Source of the DNA: an uncultured virus (IMG/VR IMGVR_UViG_3300009060_000024) | Lineage: Duplodnaviria; Heunggongvirae; Uroviricota; Caudoviricetes | Length of the DNA: 20,000 nt | IMG/VR virus record: IMGVR_UViG_3300009060_000024 | Reading direction: 5' to 3' (one strand) | Shown here: positions 1 through 7,621 of the stretch, in pieces | Position numbering within the stretch: position 1 is the first letter of the stretch | How the letters are laid out: every line of letters begins with the position of its first letter | Translations under genes and position numbers: made by a program | The notes under the pieces: generated by a model | Seen by the model: only the letters and a program-made list of their open reading frames with translations | Databases searched by the model: none | What the model was told of the DNA's origin: nothing

Positions 1-4
1 GTAA

Positions 5-451
5 ATGGCTGCAGACAGTCATAAAATAAGGCCGCATCAGGTAGATGAAACTCCGACAAGATCAAAACTAACGAACCTGTTACTTCTGTTCAAAAAGCAT
101 GATGACCTAGAGATAGACGACATAATACAGGCTGAGTATGGAGAGGATCATTTCGGGGGTCATGTGTACGGAGACGGAAACGGAGAACACGACCCATCAT
201 CAATGGACAACAACGACGACTTACAACATAACAACGACCAAGCAAGGCCAGAATACTGGTACGACAAGATAGAGGACACAGTAGAGGAAAATGAGGAGAG
301 ATCAGTAAACAATTCTAATGTTATACGGCGTTTGCAGTTTAAACTAGATACAGTTGACTACAGAACGGTATGGGTTATGAGAATACTTACAGGCGTACTC
401 TTTGCGATCATAGCTGATATGATCATAAAAACGTTTCCCAGCGTTCTATAG
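5..451 (+). CDS. Hypothetical acidic protein with C-terminal transmembrane helix
   Basis: 148-aa ORF, D/E/N-rich, hydrophobic tail (VWVMRILTGVLFAIIADMII); the only credible + strand gene. Confidence 0.7.
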   Translation: MAADSHKIRPHQVDETPTRSKLTNLLLLFKKHDDLEIDDIIQAEYGEDHFGGHVYGDGNGEHDPSSMDNNDDLQHNNDQARPEYWYDKIEDTVEENEERSVNNSNVIRRLQFKLDTVDYRTVWVMRILTGVLFAIIADMIIKTFPSVL

Positions 452-590
452 TACCGCTACAGACGGCACAGACGGGTAGTATAGGCCCCGAGACGCCCGT
501 TTTCTTACGTCTCAAGCCTTCTACACGCCCCGTCCACACGACCCTATGCTTTCGTGCCATAACATAGGCATGTAAACCAATCTCTATTAC

Positions 591-872
591 TCACCGTATA
601 TCTCTTACTATATCATCAATAGAATTAGAAACATCAACCATATCAACATCTCCTAAGAACCCTGTTTGATTTTCTTTCCATGACATTGTAAATTTGCTCA
701 CATAACAATCGTCGTTTTCACATTCCCATTTAGAATCTGATAACTGAGTTCCAACACACGCACATTTCGGACATGCCTTATCTACACCTGGACTTTTCTC
801 TACATGTCTGCTAGATTCATTGTTTTGTATGCTGCTGCTTGTTCCGTCGTCTATTAGGTCTTTTATCGTCAT
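591..872 (-). CDS. Small Zn-finger protein
   Basis: CPKC...WECENDDC; starts MTIKDLIDD; resembles the adjacent ORF. Confidence 0.75.
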   Translation of the reverse strand: MTIKDLIDDGTSSSIQNNESSRHVEKSPGVDKACPKCACVGTQLSDSKWECENDDCYVSKFTMSWKENQTGFLGDVDMVDVSNSIDDIVRDIR

Positions 873-1081
873 GTTGTATCATTTGTTGGTGATAGAGTAA
901 AAGTGGTAGCATCGCAATCTTCATTGAGGCAAGAATAATAGTAATGTCTCTCCTCTGTGTTTCTCATTCTACACTGTGGACACATTACATTACCACTGTA
1001 ACATGTTTTTGGCTTATCGAGCCAAGACGATGCATCCTCTTTTTCTGAAGATGCGTCATCTACTAAGTCTTTAACTCCCAT
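869..1081 (-). CDS. Small Zn-finger protein (start moved to MGVKDLVDD)
   Basis: CPQC...YSCLNEDC; the longer ORF start lies inside tRNA-Gln; ATGA overlap with the next gene. Confidence 0.75.
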   Translation of the reverse strand: MGVKDLVDDASSEKEDASSWLDKPKTCYSGNVMCPQCRMRNTEERHYYYSCLNEDCDATTFTLSPTNDTT

Positions 1082-1090
1082 AATTACATA

Positions 1091-1163
1091 TAGTCCCGTA
1101 GAGATTCGAACTCTAGTCCTCGGCTCCAAAGGCCGATGTGATTGGCCGCTACACCACGGGACT
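1091..1163 (-). tRNA. tRNA-Gln(TTG)
   Basis: AGTCCCG/CGGGACT acceptor with archaeal-type A1-U72; anticodon arm TCGGC-CTTTGGA-GCCGA; T-loop TTCGAAT. Confidence 0.95.
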
Positions 1164-1167
1164 CAGA

Positions 1168-1256
1168 CGGCAGGACTGGGATTTGAACCCAGAGTGGAGT
1201 CATTACCTCCGGCTGGTTCTCAAGACCAGTGCATTGCCAGATTCTGCCATCCTGCC
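1168..1256 (-). tRNA. tRNA-Ser(TGA)
   Basis: GGCAGGA/TCCTGCC acceptor, G73, arm CTGGT-CTTGAGA-ACCAG, long variable arm. Confidence 0.95.
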
Positions 1257-1322
1257 ACATATTATTTTAACTCTTTGTTAGCATCTCTATATACACGACC
1301 ACACTAATAAATTTTGTGCGTG

Positions 1323-1595
1323 TTATGCGTCATTGTGTTGGTCTACCATTGGTATGCTCCTTTCTTCATCCTTTGGTATTGGGTTTCCGTCTTGGTCGAG
1401 CATTATTGTGTCATCTGGGACGTTAGTGCGTTTATACACTGTACGTCTCCCGCATTCAAAGCACTTCATGACAGGAACGTCATCGTACTTTTTGTTTATC
1501 CATATTACCCGCATACAATCATTATGCATGCAGTAGTATGGGATCTCTTCTTGTTGCGTCTTTACAGATCTGCTGTATGTATCGTTATGTCTCAT
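1323..1595 (-). CDS. Small Cys-rich putative Zn-binding protein
   Basis: CMHNDC...CFECG; likely start MRHND overlapping the upstream stop (ATGA). Confidence 0.65.
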   Translation of the reverse strand: MRHNDTYSRSVKTQQEEIPYYCMHNDCMRVIWINKKYDDVPVMKCFECGRRTVYKRTNVPDDTIMLDQDGNPIPKDEERSIPMVDQHNDA

Positions 1596-1729
1596 TCGTA
1601 CCCCCAATTATCATCTTCTGGCTCTTCCTCCGACCATCCACATTGCACACATATTTGTTTGTCCAATAATGCACTTCGGTTAAAATGGCCGCAATTAGGA
1701 CACGTCCAGCGGTTGTATGTTTCAACCAT
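1592..1729 (-). CDS. 45-aa Zn-ribbon microprotein (not in ORF track)
   Basis: MVETYNRWTCPNCGHFNRSALLDKQICVQCGWSEEEPEDDNWGYE, preceded by GGAGGTGA Shine-Dalgarno. Confidence 0.8.
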   Translation of the reverse strand: MVETYNRWTCPNCGHFNRSALLDKQICVQCGWSEEEPEDDNWGYE

Positions 1730-1743
1730 TTAATCACCTCCAA

Positions 1744-1816
1744 AGCTACCAGAGGGATTTGAACCCCCGACAACATCCTTACAAGGGACGCGCTCTACCA
1801 ACTGAGCCATGGTAGC
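1744..1816 (-). tRNA. tRNA-Thr(TGT)
   Basis: GCTACCA/TGGTAGC acceptor; loop CTTGTAA; T-loop TTCAAAT. Confidence 0.95.
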
Positions 1817-1821
1817 ACTCA

Positions 1822-1894
1822 CGGACATGACGAGACTCGAACTCGCGATCTAGAGGTTAGGAACCTCTCGCCTTGTCCACTAGGCCACATGTCC
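1822..1894 (-). tRNA. tRNA-Arg(CCT)
   Basis: GGACATG/CATGTCC acceptor; arm AGAGG-TTCCTAA-CCTCT. Confidence 0.95.
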
Positions 1895-2030
1895 AAATGG
1901 CTGCTTAGGGCAGCCAATCCGACTACGGGTGCGTATTGTGACGATCATATCTCAACCCTCACTGACCAGGCAAGGGTGCATCTGTTCCTTGCTCTCCCCT
2001 CTATTTAATATTGCGCCGAGGAGGCGCAAG
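1895..2030 (-). ncRNA. Candidate structured RNA filling the tRNA-Asn/tRNA-Arg spacer
   Basis: No ORF; several hairpins, a possible 5' pseudoknot, and a 3' CCUAA hairpin that recurs at 19953-19977. Confidence 0.45.
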
Positions 2031-2104
2031 CGCCTGCCCGAGGAATCGAACCTCGAACCTTCTGGGTAACAGCCAGATGCTCTACCAGGTTGAGCTAGGC
2101 AGGC
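2031..2104 (-). tRNA. tRNA-Asn(GTT)
   Basis: GCCTGCC/GGCAGGC acceptor, G73; arm TCTGG-CTGTTAC-CCAGA. Confidence 0.95.
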
Positions 2105-2346
2105 TTATAGGGGATTTTATGCCTCCCCCACAGAGCATCGGCACTCCAACACGCCACCATTACACAATTTGTGAATCCTGATGTTAAGTTCAGGCTTCAC
2201 CATCCCACGTGTCAATTGTCCCGACGAATCAACCTATCGAATGAGGTCTACGTTGTTGTGTACTCTATCTTCCGTGATATGATACGAGTTATGGTAGCAG
2301 GTAAGCTCTCGCTCGCGTGTCAATGTGGCATGTTTTACATGCCGAG

Positions 2347-2419
2347 TGGACCACCTCGGATTTGAACCGAGATCTGCACGTCCCAAACGTGCAATGATAC
2401 CAAGGTACACCAGTGGTCC
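2347..2419 (-). tRNA. tRNA-Pro(TGG)
   Basis: GGACCAC/GTGGTCC acceptor; arm GCACG-TTTGGGA-CGTGC. Confidence 0.95.
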
Positions 2420-2422
2420 AAA

Positions 2423-2535
2423 TGGGAGTGGGAGGGATCGAACCCCCGTCACAGATGTCATGATTGAGTTAGCGACATATGGCAATTTTGTTTGATGCTC
2501 ACCATTACTGTGACATTCCATTAAATTACACTCCC
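2423..2535 (-). ncRNA. tRNA-like RNA with the anticodon arm replaced by a branched domain
   Basis: Perfect acceptor GGGAGTG/CACTCCC+A; T-arm GGGGG-TTCGATC-CCTCC; 7-bp GTCACAG/CTGTGAC helix enclosing two hairpins. Confidence 0.7.
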
Positions 2536-2687
2536 TCGTTTATCGCTTCTATTAACGTTTTTTCAAACGACGATTTAGTTACTCCGGGGCATTGTGGACA
2601 GATGATTACATCTTGATCACGAGGATATACGACCCTGTAGAAGTCGTCGCTTATGTAACCTCCACAGTTCTCGCACTCGTGTGACAC
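2526..2687 (-). CDS. 53-aa CPxCG-related haloarchaeal-type Zn-finger protein (not in ORF track)
   Basis: GTG start; MSHECENCGGYISDDFYRVVYPRDQDVIICPQCPG...EGV; last codons overlap the tRNA-like RNA. Confidence 0.7.
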   Translation of the reverse strand: MSHECENCGGYISDDFYRVVYPRDQDVIICPQCPGVTKSSFEKTLIEAINEGV

Positions 2688-2688
2688 A

Positions 2689-3546
2689 CTATGACTTTAG
2701 GGAACGTGGTTTTATAATTCTTTCGGGTAGTGTTATACGATTCTCATCGTTCGGGAATCGTGGAGGTATCATCCAACTTTGTTTTATGCCACATTCCCAG
2801 TTAGATGTTATCTTCATTGGGTAATGGTTATCTAAATATATGTTAACAGTATCTGTGTTAACGATGGTCGAGTCTAGATAACCCATAGACATTATACAGT
2901 CTGTTATATGCTCCTCAGACTCATCATGCGGAGAGCCTTCATAATGGTCAACGTTACTCCAGTCTATATCATAGTCATCAAAATCTTCCCAATGAATACG
3001 CTCTGCCATTTCAGAGTCATCCGAGTCTGTCCACATATAGAACAACCCATCTCTTGCACTTAGATACATGTATCCATTCTTCTTATCCCCCATCCCCTTA
3101 TCATAGTCGTTAATAAAATCGCTTATGAAGGAGAAATCGTTGGTAATTTTAACAGATGTGTCTAGATCAGGAACTTGATCTGGGACACCTGATACTTGGT
3201 CAGGATCTGTCATTGGGAACTTATATTCCCTGTTGTCTGCATCAAGCTGAAGTTTATATAATTTCCCGGCAGATTGTACTATCTCGAACGTAACAGTATC
3301 ATCGTTCACACTCGAAACGTAATCTATGATTCTGCTAACGTCTATGCCAATACGTGGAAACTCTCCAACTTCCCACACCTCCATCGACTCGGATGGTATA
3401 AACGCTGCTTGAAGTGCAGTGTTTGACATTTCATTAACTCTTATAACCATCCCTTTTTCACTCATGTTTATGAGTAACTCATCTCTGTACTCATTGAGTG
3501 AATTGAATACATCATACAGCCTGTCCGCTTGTATCTCCATTTTCAT
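2689..3546 (-). CDS. pcn: DNA sliding clamp (PCNA-like)
   Basis: PCNA-type N-terminus (MEIQADRLYDVFNSLNEYRDELLINMSEKGMVIR), IGIDV, HYPMKIT, and WMIPPR matching the xxAPR C-terminal motif. Confidence 0.85.
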   Translation of the reverse strand: MKMEIQADRLYDVFNSLNEYRDELLINMSEKGMVIRVNEMSNTALQAAFIPSESMEVWEVGEFPRIGIDVSRIIDYVSSVNDDTVTFEIVQSAGKLYKLQLDADNREYKFPMTDPDQVSGVPDQVPDLDTSVKITNDFSFISDFINDYDKGMGDKKNGYMYLSARDGLFYMWTDSDDSEMAERIHWEDFDDYDIDWSNVDHYEGSPHDESEEHITDCIMSMGYLDSTIVNTDTVNIYLDNHYPMKITSNWECGIKQSWMIPPRFPNDENRITLPERIIKPRSLKS

Positions 3547-3821
3547 TTATGATCTAGCCAATTGTCTGCTGTTACGTTTGTCTTTCCGTTACTACCGTTT
3601 GAACTCTTCTCAAGGTCTATGTCAGTCTCTTCTATAACATAGTCTGCCATGAGTGTTTCCAACACCTTTATTCTCCTCTCTATATTTTCCATTCTCTTAT
3701 CATACTCTACTACAAGTTTATACATCCTCTTAAGCCTTTCGTCATCTGTCTGTGCTTCGTCAACGTCATCTGGAGTAGTTTCGTCTTTATCTCCAGTGTC
3801 AACTATATCATCTAGTCCCAT
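3543..3821 (-). CDS. Hypothetical acidic coiled-coil protein
   Basis: Heptad-like YDKRMENIERRIKVLETLM; overlaps both neighbours. Confidence 0.7.
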   Translation of the reverse strand: MGLDDIVDTGDKDETTPDDVDEAQTDDERLKRMYKLVVEYDKRMENIERRIKVLETLMADYVIEETDIDLEKSSNGSNGKTNVTADNWLDHK

Positions 3822-4249
3822 TTATTACTCGTGGGCTGTTTATTGTTGTTCCATTCTCTGCCACTGTTAACAAGCGACGAAACTGCGTCGTCAACCGATG
3901 TTGTAATGGCATCAGAATGATACTCTAAGAACACGGGTATGTCATCCTTGCTCGATTCATCTGTAAGAAGCACTGATGGTATCCCAAGGGAATAAGCTAC
4001 ATGATTCTCGTAGTACGTTCCACATGTATTGAATGGTTCTATAACCCGCATCAGTATTCCGTCACTGTCCTTAACAGCGTTTTTACATACTTCTGGGATT
4101 GATTTTCGGTCTTCGTGTTTGCACAGATTTATTGGGTTGATCCAATCAATACTTGGGTACCTGTCTATTATGTCCTCTCTCCATTCGTTAGCGTATTCTA
4201 TGCTTTCAACCGCGTCAACTGGGCCTGCAAGGTAGTACATTTTATCCAT
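3812..4249 (-). CDS. Nucleoside 2-deoxyribosyltransferase-like / nucleotide N-hydrolase family protein
   Basis: YLAGP, WR...INP, SDGIL, GTYYE, AYSLGIP motifs. Confidence 0.85.
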   Translation of the reverse strand: MDKMYYLAGPVDAVESIEYANEWREDIIDRYPSIDWINPINLCKHEDRKSIPEVCKNAVKDSDGILMRVIEPFNTCGTYYENHVAYSLGIPSVLLTDESSKDDIPVFLEYHSDAITTSVDDAVSSLVNSGREWNNNKQPTSNKWD

Positions 4250-4251
4250 TG

Positions 4252-4422
4252 TTATTTGTTGTTCAGCTTAGTGTATCTGTCGCTTGTGATGTATTGACCT
4301 GGCTCCTCATCATGCACGACATAATACAGCTCGCATTTGATGCATTTCCACCTTCGTTTGTACCTCTTTGTATTAAGCTCCTTACAGAAGGAACCACACA
4401 CATCACATCTCTTTGACGGCAT
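4252..4422 (-). CDS. 56-aa Zn-ribbon microprotein (not in ORF track)
   Basis: MPSKRCDVCGSFCKELNTKRYKRRWKCIKCELYY...; fills the gap between genes. Confidence 0.65.
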   Translation of the reverse strand: MPSKRCDVCGSFCKELNTKRYKRRWKCIKCELYYVVHDEEPGQYITSDRYTKLNNK

Positions 4423-4429
4423 TGGAGTT

Positions 4430-4624
4430 CTATTTATCCCTTATTATGTTTGCCACCAAGCCATTTGCACAATCTTTACAGAGATCATACGAAATATCTG
4501 TCTTACTGTTTGGATATGTATGCATTGTAGATGTGAATTTGGCCTTTGACCACACCGCAGGGTAGTTGACATTCTCTTGTTGTTTGCCACATTTATCGCA
4601 CCTGTGCAGTCTTGTTGTTGTCAT
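4430..4624 (-). CDS. Small Zn-finger protein
   Basis: CDKCG...DLCKDC; GAGGTGA Shine-Dalgarno. Confidence 0.75.
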   Translation of the reverse strand: MTTTRLHRCDKCGKQQENVNYPAVWSKAKFTSTMHTYPNSKTDISYDLCKDCANGLVANIIRDK

Positions 4625-4635
4625 ACTTCACCTCA

Positions 4636-4674
4636 AGCACACTGGAGGAATCGAACCTCCACAAACCATTGTGC
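4636..4674 (-). ncRNA. tRNA minihelix-like element (acceptor + T-arm only)
   Basis: GCACAAT-GGTTTGT-GGAGG-TTCGATT-CCTCC-AGTGTGC-T. Confidence 0.6.
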
Positions 4675-4693
4675 GTGGAACAGATTGGTTAAC

Positions 4694-5488
4694 TTAGTCT
4701 ATTAACGCCTTAACACCTCCAAGTTTGCCGTTCTTTACCGGACAGTAATCGGAATGCGAACAGTATTGGCACTCCTTCTCATAAGCCGGCACCTGCTTCT
4801 TATCAAAGTACTGCATCTTCTCTTTCCAGAACCTTGTGTCCATCCCATCAAGCTGCTCGTTAGTATATCTGTTGCCAGTCCTGTATCCAAAGTCCTTAAG
4901 GGCGTTATGGATACTGTGTGCCTTGCTCTTAACCACCTCCCAATTATCTTCACTCATCGTGCCAGGCATCACGGTTATATCATTAACTAAGTCTCTGGAC
5001 TTACTGTTAATCATTATAAGACCGTATGTGTCAGCATCATACATATGAGCGTATGTATTTGCCTGACTCATGTATTTGTACAACCTTCCGTGACCACTCG
5101 ATGGAGGGATGGACGAATACTTTATGTCGAATATTGTTGTCTCCCCGTCCTTTGTGCAGATTATGTCACACTTACCTGTGATCGACACTTCATCGTCTAT
5201 CTGGCACTGTGACGGCACTTCATATGAGGTGTCTACTGGGTGATAGCCAGCCCTGTTAAGGGCGTCTGTCATCAACCCAGTCTCTTGGAGGTAGTAATGG
5301 ACAGCGCTTCCCTGAAACAGCCAGCAATTAAGAACTGTCTCATCATCCGTCATCCAGTCGAGGAACACCTTTAGAGGACATCCTGTAATCTGTGACGGAT
5401 GGTATTCTCCTAGAACATGTTTGCCATACGAGACGTTGTTCTCGTATAGAACATCTCCAAGAGACTCCTCAATAAGAGTGTCGTTCAT
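4694..5488 (-). CDS. Cas4-like PD-(D/E)XK exonuclease with Fe-S cysteines
   Basis: HPSQITGC, GSAVH, GKCD...DIK, QxxxY, CQYCSHSDYC. Confidence 0.88.
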   Translation of the reverse strand: MNDTLIEESLGDVLYENNVSYGKHVLGEYHPSQITGCPLKVFLDWMTDDETVLNCWLFQGSAVHYYLQETGLMTDALNRAGYHPVDTSYEVPSQCQIDDEVSITGKCDIICTKDGETTIFDIKYSSIPPSSGHGRLYKYMSQANTYAHMYDADTYGLIMINSKSRDLVNDITVMPGTMSEDNWEVVKSKAHSIHNALKDFGYRTGNRYTNEQLDGMDTRFWKEKMQYFDKKQVPAYEKECQYCSHSDYCPVKNGKLGGVKALID

Positions 5489-5661
5489 TCTACATCACCC
5501 AAGCCAATGACGTTATAAGCCTTAGCCTCTGAGTGAGTGGACATTTTCTCAGCCTTCGACATGGCTTCGTCAACACTGTCAGCATCAACCTTCAATCCGC
5601 TATCGTCATACTCCACATCATCAGGACTAAAAAACTGGGTGAACAAGTGTTTAATCTTCAT
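5485..5661 (-). CDS. 58-aa hypothetical protein (not in ORF track)
   Basis: MKIKHLFTQFFSPDD...VIGLGDVE; ATGA overlaps on both sides. Confidence 0.7.
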   Translation of the reverse strand: MKIKHLFTQFFSPDDVEYDDSGLKVDADSVDEAMSKAEKMSTHSEAKAYNVIGLGDVE

Positions 5662-6344
5662 TCTAACACAGAATCTTTACTAACTTCTTCAGCGGATACA
5701 CTTCCTCCTCCAACGAGGTCACTGATGGCACGGTTCTTGGCACGAGTCTCTGCAGTTGCCATTATGTCGTGTTCGTTAACCTCCTTGGTGGACTTGAGAC
5801 GCCTCCAGCTCCCGTCAACCTTGAACACGTTTTCATCATCAACATCATACACCTTGTGCTGCTCAACGTCCTTCATGTTTCCACCTATGTACTCCATGTG
5901 GTTGGATTCATTTGAAGCGCATGTGGCCCAGCTCGACGCCTTCTTTCCGTTAGGTGCCTCTGCAGTTGCTTCAACTCTCCATGTAAGGACTCCATCATCG
6001 ACAGACTTCTCCTTGTCGCTAACGTAGAACGAAACGTTAAACGCTGTCGCAATCTTTCGCCATCCGCTCTTTGTTACGAACGTCTGTTTACGTTTACCAG
6101 ATCCAATTGTCTGCTTATCAGAATCTGTCAGAAGCTTGTTCTTGATGTCCTCGAATTGGTCGTATACACCTACAACCTCCTCGATGTTGTCAACAGGTCT
6201 TACAAGGGACGATTCACCAGCATCTCTTGCACCGACGTTATCGTATGCAACTGTTGAATCAGATGACGGTTCAACATCGATGACATCAACATCATCGCTG
6301 TCACTAACGTCTGAAAGGAAATCTTCTCCTGACATATCACTCAC
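5658..6344 (-). CDS. Putative single-strand annealing protein (Rad52/Sak-like superfamily)
   Basis: KSGWRKIA...VEATAEAPNGK...ATAETRAKNRAISDLVG; next to an exonuclease. Confidence 0.65.
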   Translation of the reverse strand: MSDMSGEDFLSDVSDSDDVDVIDVEPSSDSTVAYDNVGARDAGESSLVRPVDNIEEVVGVYDQFEDIKNKLLTDSDKQTIGSGKRKQTFVTKSGWRKIATAFNVSFYVSDKEKSVDDGVLTWRVEATAEAPNGKKASSWATCASNESNHMEYIGGNMKDVEQHKVYDVDDENVFKVDGSWRRLKSTKEVNEHDIMATAETRAKNRAISDLVGGGSVSAEEVSKDSVLE

Positions 6345-6492
6345 CGTTTTCGTCTAGCATCTCTGCCAATTCAACAATGCGTCTTTGAACATCGTTACAC
6401 TTTCCATTGAACTCGCCAGTATCCAAAGATGCATACTCCTGCACCGTTTGTATCTGGTTTACTAATTCAGTAATCTCTATGGAGGGTATCAT
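6337..6492 (-). CDS. 51-aa hypothetical protein (not in ORF track)
   Basis: MIPSIEITELVNQ...LDENGE; fills the gap between genes. Confidence 0.6.
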   Translation of the reverse strand: MIPSIEITELVNQIQTVQEYASLDTGEFNGKCNDVQRRIVELAEMLDENGE

Positions 6493-6495
6493 ACT

Positions 6496-7437
6496 CTAGT
6501 CGAACAGACCGTCTGTAAGTTCATCCTCATCGTCCTCGCTCTGGTTGTTATGCTCCTCGATAACATCAACGATAACATCAACTATCGCATCGTCATTGTC
6601 AATGTCGAGTTTGTTTGATACCACCATAACGAGCTTGTCCATGCGATCATCGTCGCGTGAAACCTCCCACACAGAAGGCTCACCCTCTCCAAGCTGTTCG
6701 ACTAGGTTGGCAATGTCGTCATACGGCACCGGATCAGACTCGTTATCCTCAACATCGTCATCTGATTCATCGGCGTCTAACCATCCACCATTGCTGGCGT
6801 CTTCGACCTCTGAACCATCGTCACCGTCACTAGAGTCCTCTTCTTCAGTACTGTCGGTGTCCTCCACAACCTCCTCGTCCTCTTCCGGCTCGGCGAATTG
6901 CTCTTCGCCATCGTCTTCATCTGATTCGTCTGCTGCAAACCCATCATCTGACATGGCCTTAGCAGCATACTCCTTAACCTCCTCAAGAGTGGCTATTCCA
7001 CGAACAGGATACACACTCTCGATAATCTCCCCGTTGTCCTTCTCATACTCGTCTATCTCGCCAATGACGATAACGTCGTCGCCCGAGTCGATCTTCTTAA
7101 GATCGTTCTTGTCGGGGAACGTGCATCTCATCCAGTCACCAATATAGTCTAACGGAAGAGATGCTGCGCCCTCCCACGGTTCGTCAAGGTACTCCCACAC
7201 AGTTCCATTCTCAAGGGACGGAACACTCATCAGCAGTACCGTATGCGTGATGTTGTTATCCGTAGTATACTGGAACTGTGGTTCCCCCTCGGCAAACTTA
7301 TTCTCGTTCACAGCAGTAGCGCAAATCTTCGCCATCTGCTCTTCCGTGATCTTATTGCGTTCTTGCCGCCTCTCGGCAGTCTTCTGACGCACAGCCTTTG
7401 CAACATCCTCTCCAAATACTTCGCTAAGGTCGGTCAT
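6496..7437 (-). CDS. Highly acidic protein, possible OB-fold ssDNA-binding protein
   Basis: IDSGDDVIVIGEIDEYE resembles OB-fold strands; long D/E linker; located in the recombination module. Confidence 0.55.
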   Translation of the reverse strand: MTDLSEVFGEDVAKAVRQKTAERRQERNKITEEQMAKICATAVNENKFAEGEPQFQYTTDNNITHTVLLMSVPSLENGTVWEYLDEPWEGAASLPLDYIGDWMRCTFPDKNDLKKIDSGDDVIVIGEIDEYEKDNGEIIESVYPVRGIATLEEVKEYAAKAMSDDGFAADESDEDDGEEQFAEPEEDEEVVEDTDSTEEEDSSDGDDGSEVEDASNGGWLDADESDDDVEDNESDPVPYDDIANLVEQLGEGEPSVWEVSRDDDRMDKLVMVVSNKLDIDNDDAIVDVIVDVIEEHNNQSEDDEDELTDGLFD

Positions 7438-7580
7438 TATTCGTTGTTGTTGTATTCGTCAACTCGATTCTTGATGAAGCTGATAAGCGGCTCATCTAAA
7501 TTGATGTTTCTAGGAACAGTATTTCTATACTCCTCCCAGAGAGTCTTATCGACTTCCAGAGGGTATGTTTTGGTTGGCAT
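7437..7580 (-). CDS. 47-aa ribbon-helix-helix-like DNA-binding protein (not in ORF track)
   Basis: MPTKTYPLEVDKTLWEEYRNTVPRNINLDEPLISFIKNRVDEY: beta strand plus two helices; first gene after a promoter. Confidence 0.7.
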   Translation of the reverse strand: MPTKTYPLEVDKTLWEEYRNTVPRNINLDEPLISFIKNRVDEYNNNE

Positions 7581-7610
7581 ACGTTGCGTTTGCACACACG
7601 TACCGGGGGT

Positions 7611-7621
7611 ACATAACCTTT
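7611..7621 (-). promoter_or_regulatory. Putative archaeal BRE/TATA promoter (AAAGGTTATGT)
   Basis: About 30 nt upstream of the RHH ATG; similar motif at 12631, 16205 and 18263. Confidence 0.55.

Noticed and set aside
452..590. Short repeats (CAGACGG x2, ACGCCC x2) between convergent genes
   Set aside because: Too short and irregular to assign; probably a termination region
1895..2010. Pistol ribozyme-like words (TTAAATAG, CCCTAAGC)
   Set aside because: The required P1-loop pseudoknot partner and P2/P3 order do not fit
2011..2030. HDV/theta ribozyme after tRNA-Asn (GCC-TCCTC-GGC resembles the HDV P3/L3 element)
   Set aside because: No nested P1/P2 arrangement, P1.1 GG or catalytic J4/2 segment could be placed
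2234..2521. 95-aa minus-strand ORF; also 1585-1776 and 19787-19993
   Set aside because: They run through tRNA or tRNA-like genes and show no protein-like signal
2423..2535. tmRNA or intron-containing tRNA
   Set aside because: No G3:U70 or tag ORF; no clear bulge-helix-bulge, and splicing would leave an implausibly short variable region. Kept as an unclassified tRNA mimic
4694..5488. CRISPR-Cas system implied by the Cas4-like gene
   Set aside because: No repeat-spacer array or other cas genes in the window; solo Cas4-like nucleases are common in archaeal viruses
6545..7147. Ser-rich 200-aa + strand ORF and similar + strand ORFs throughout
   Set aside because: Antisense reading of Asp/Glu codons in the minus-strand genes
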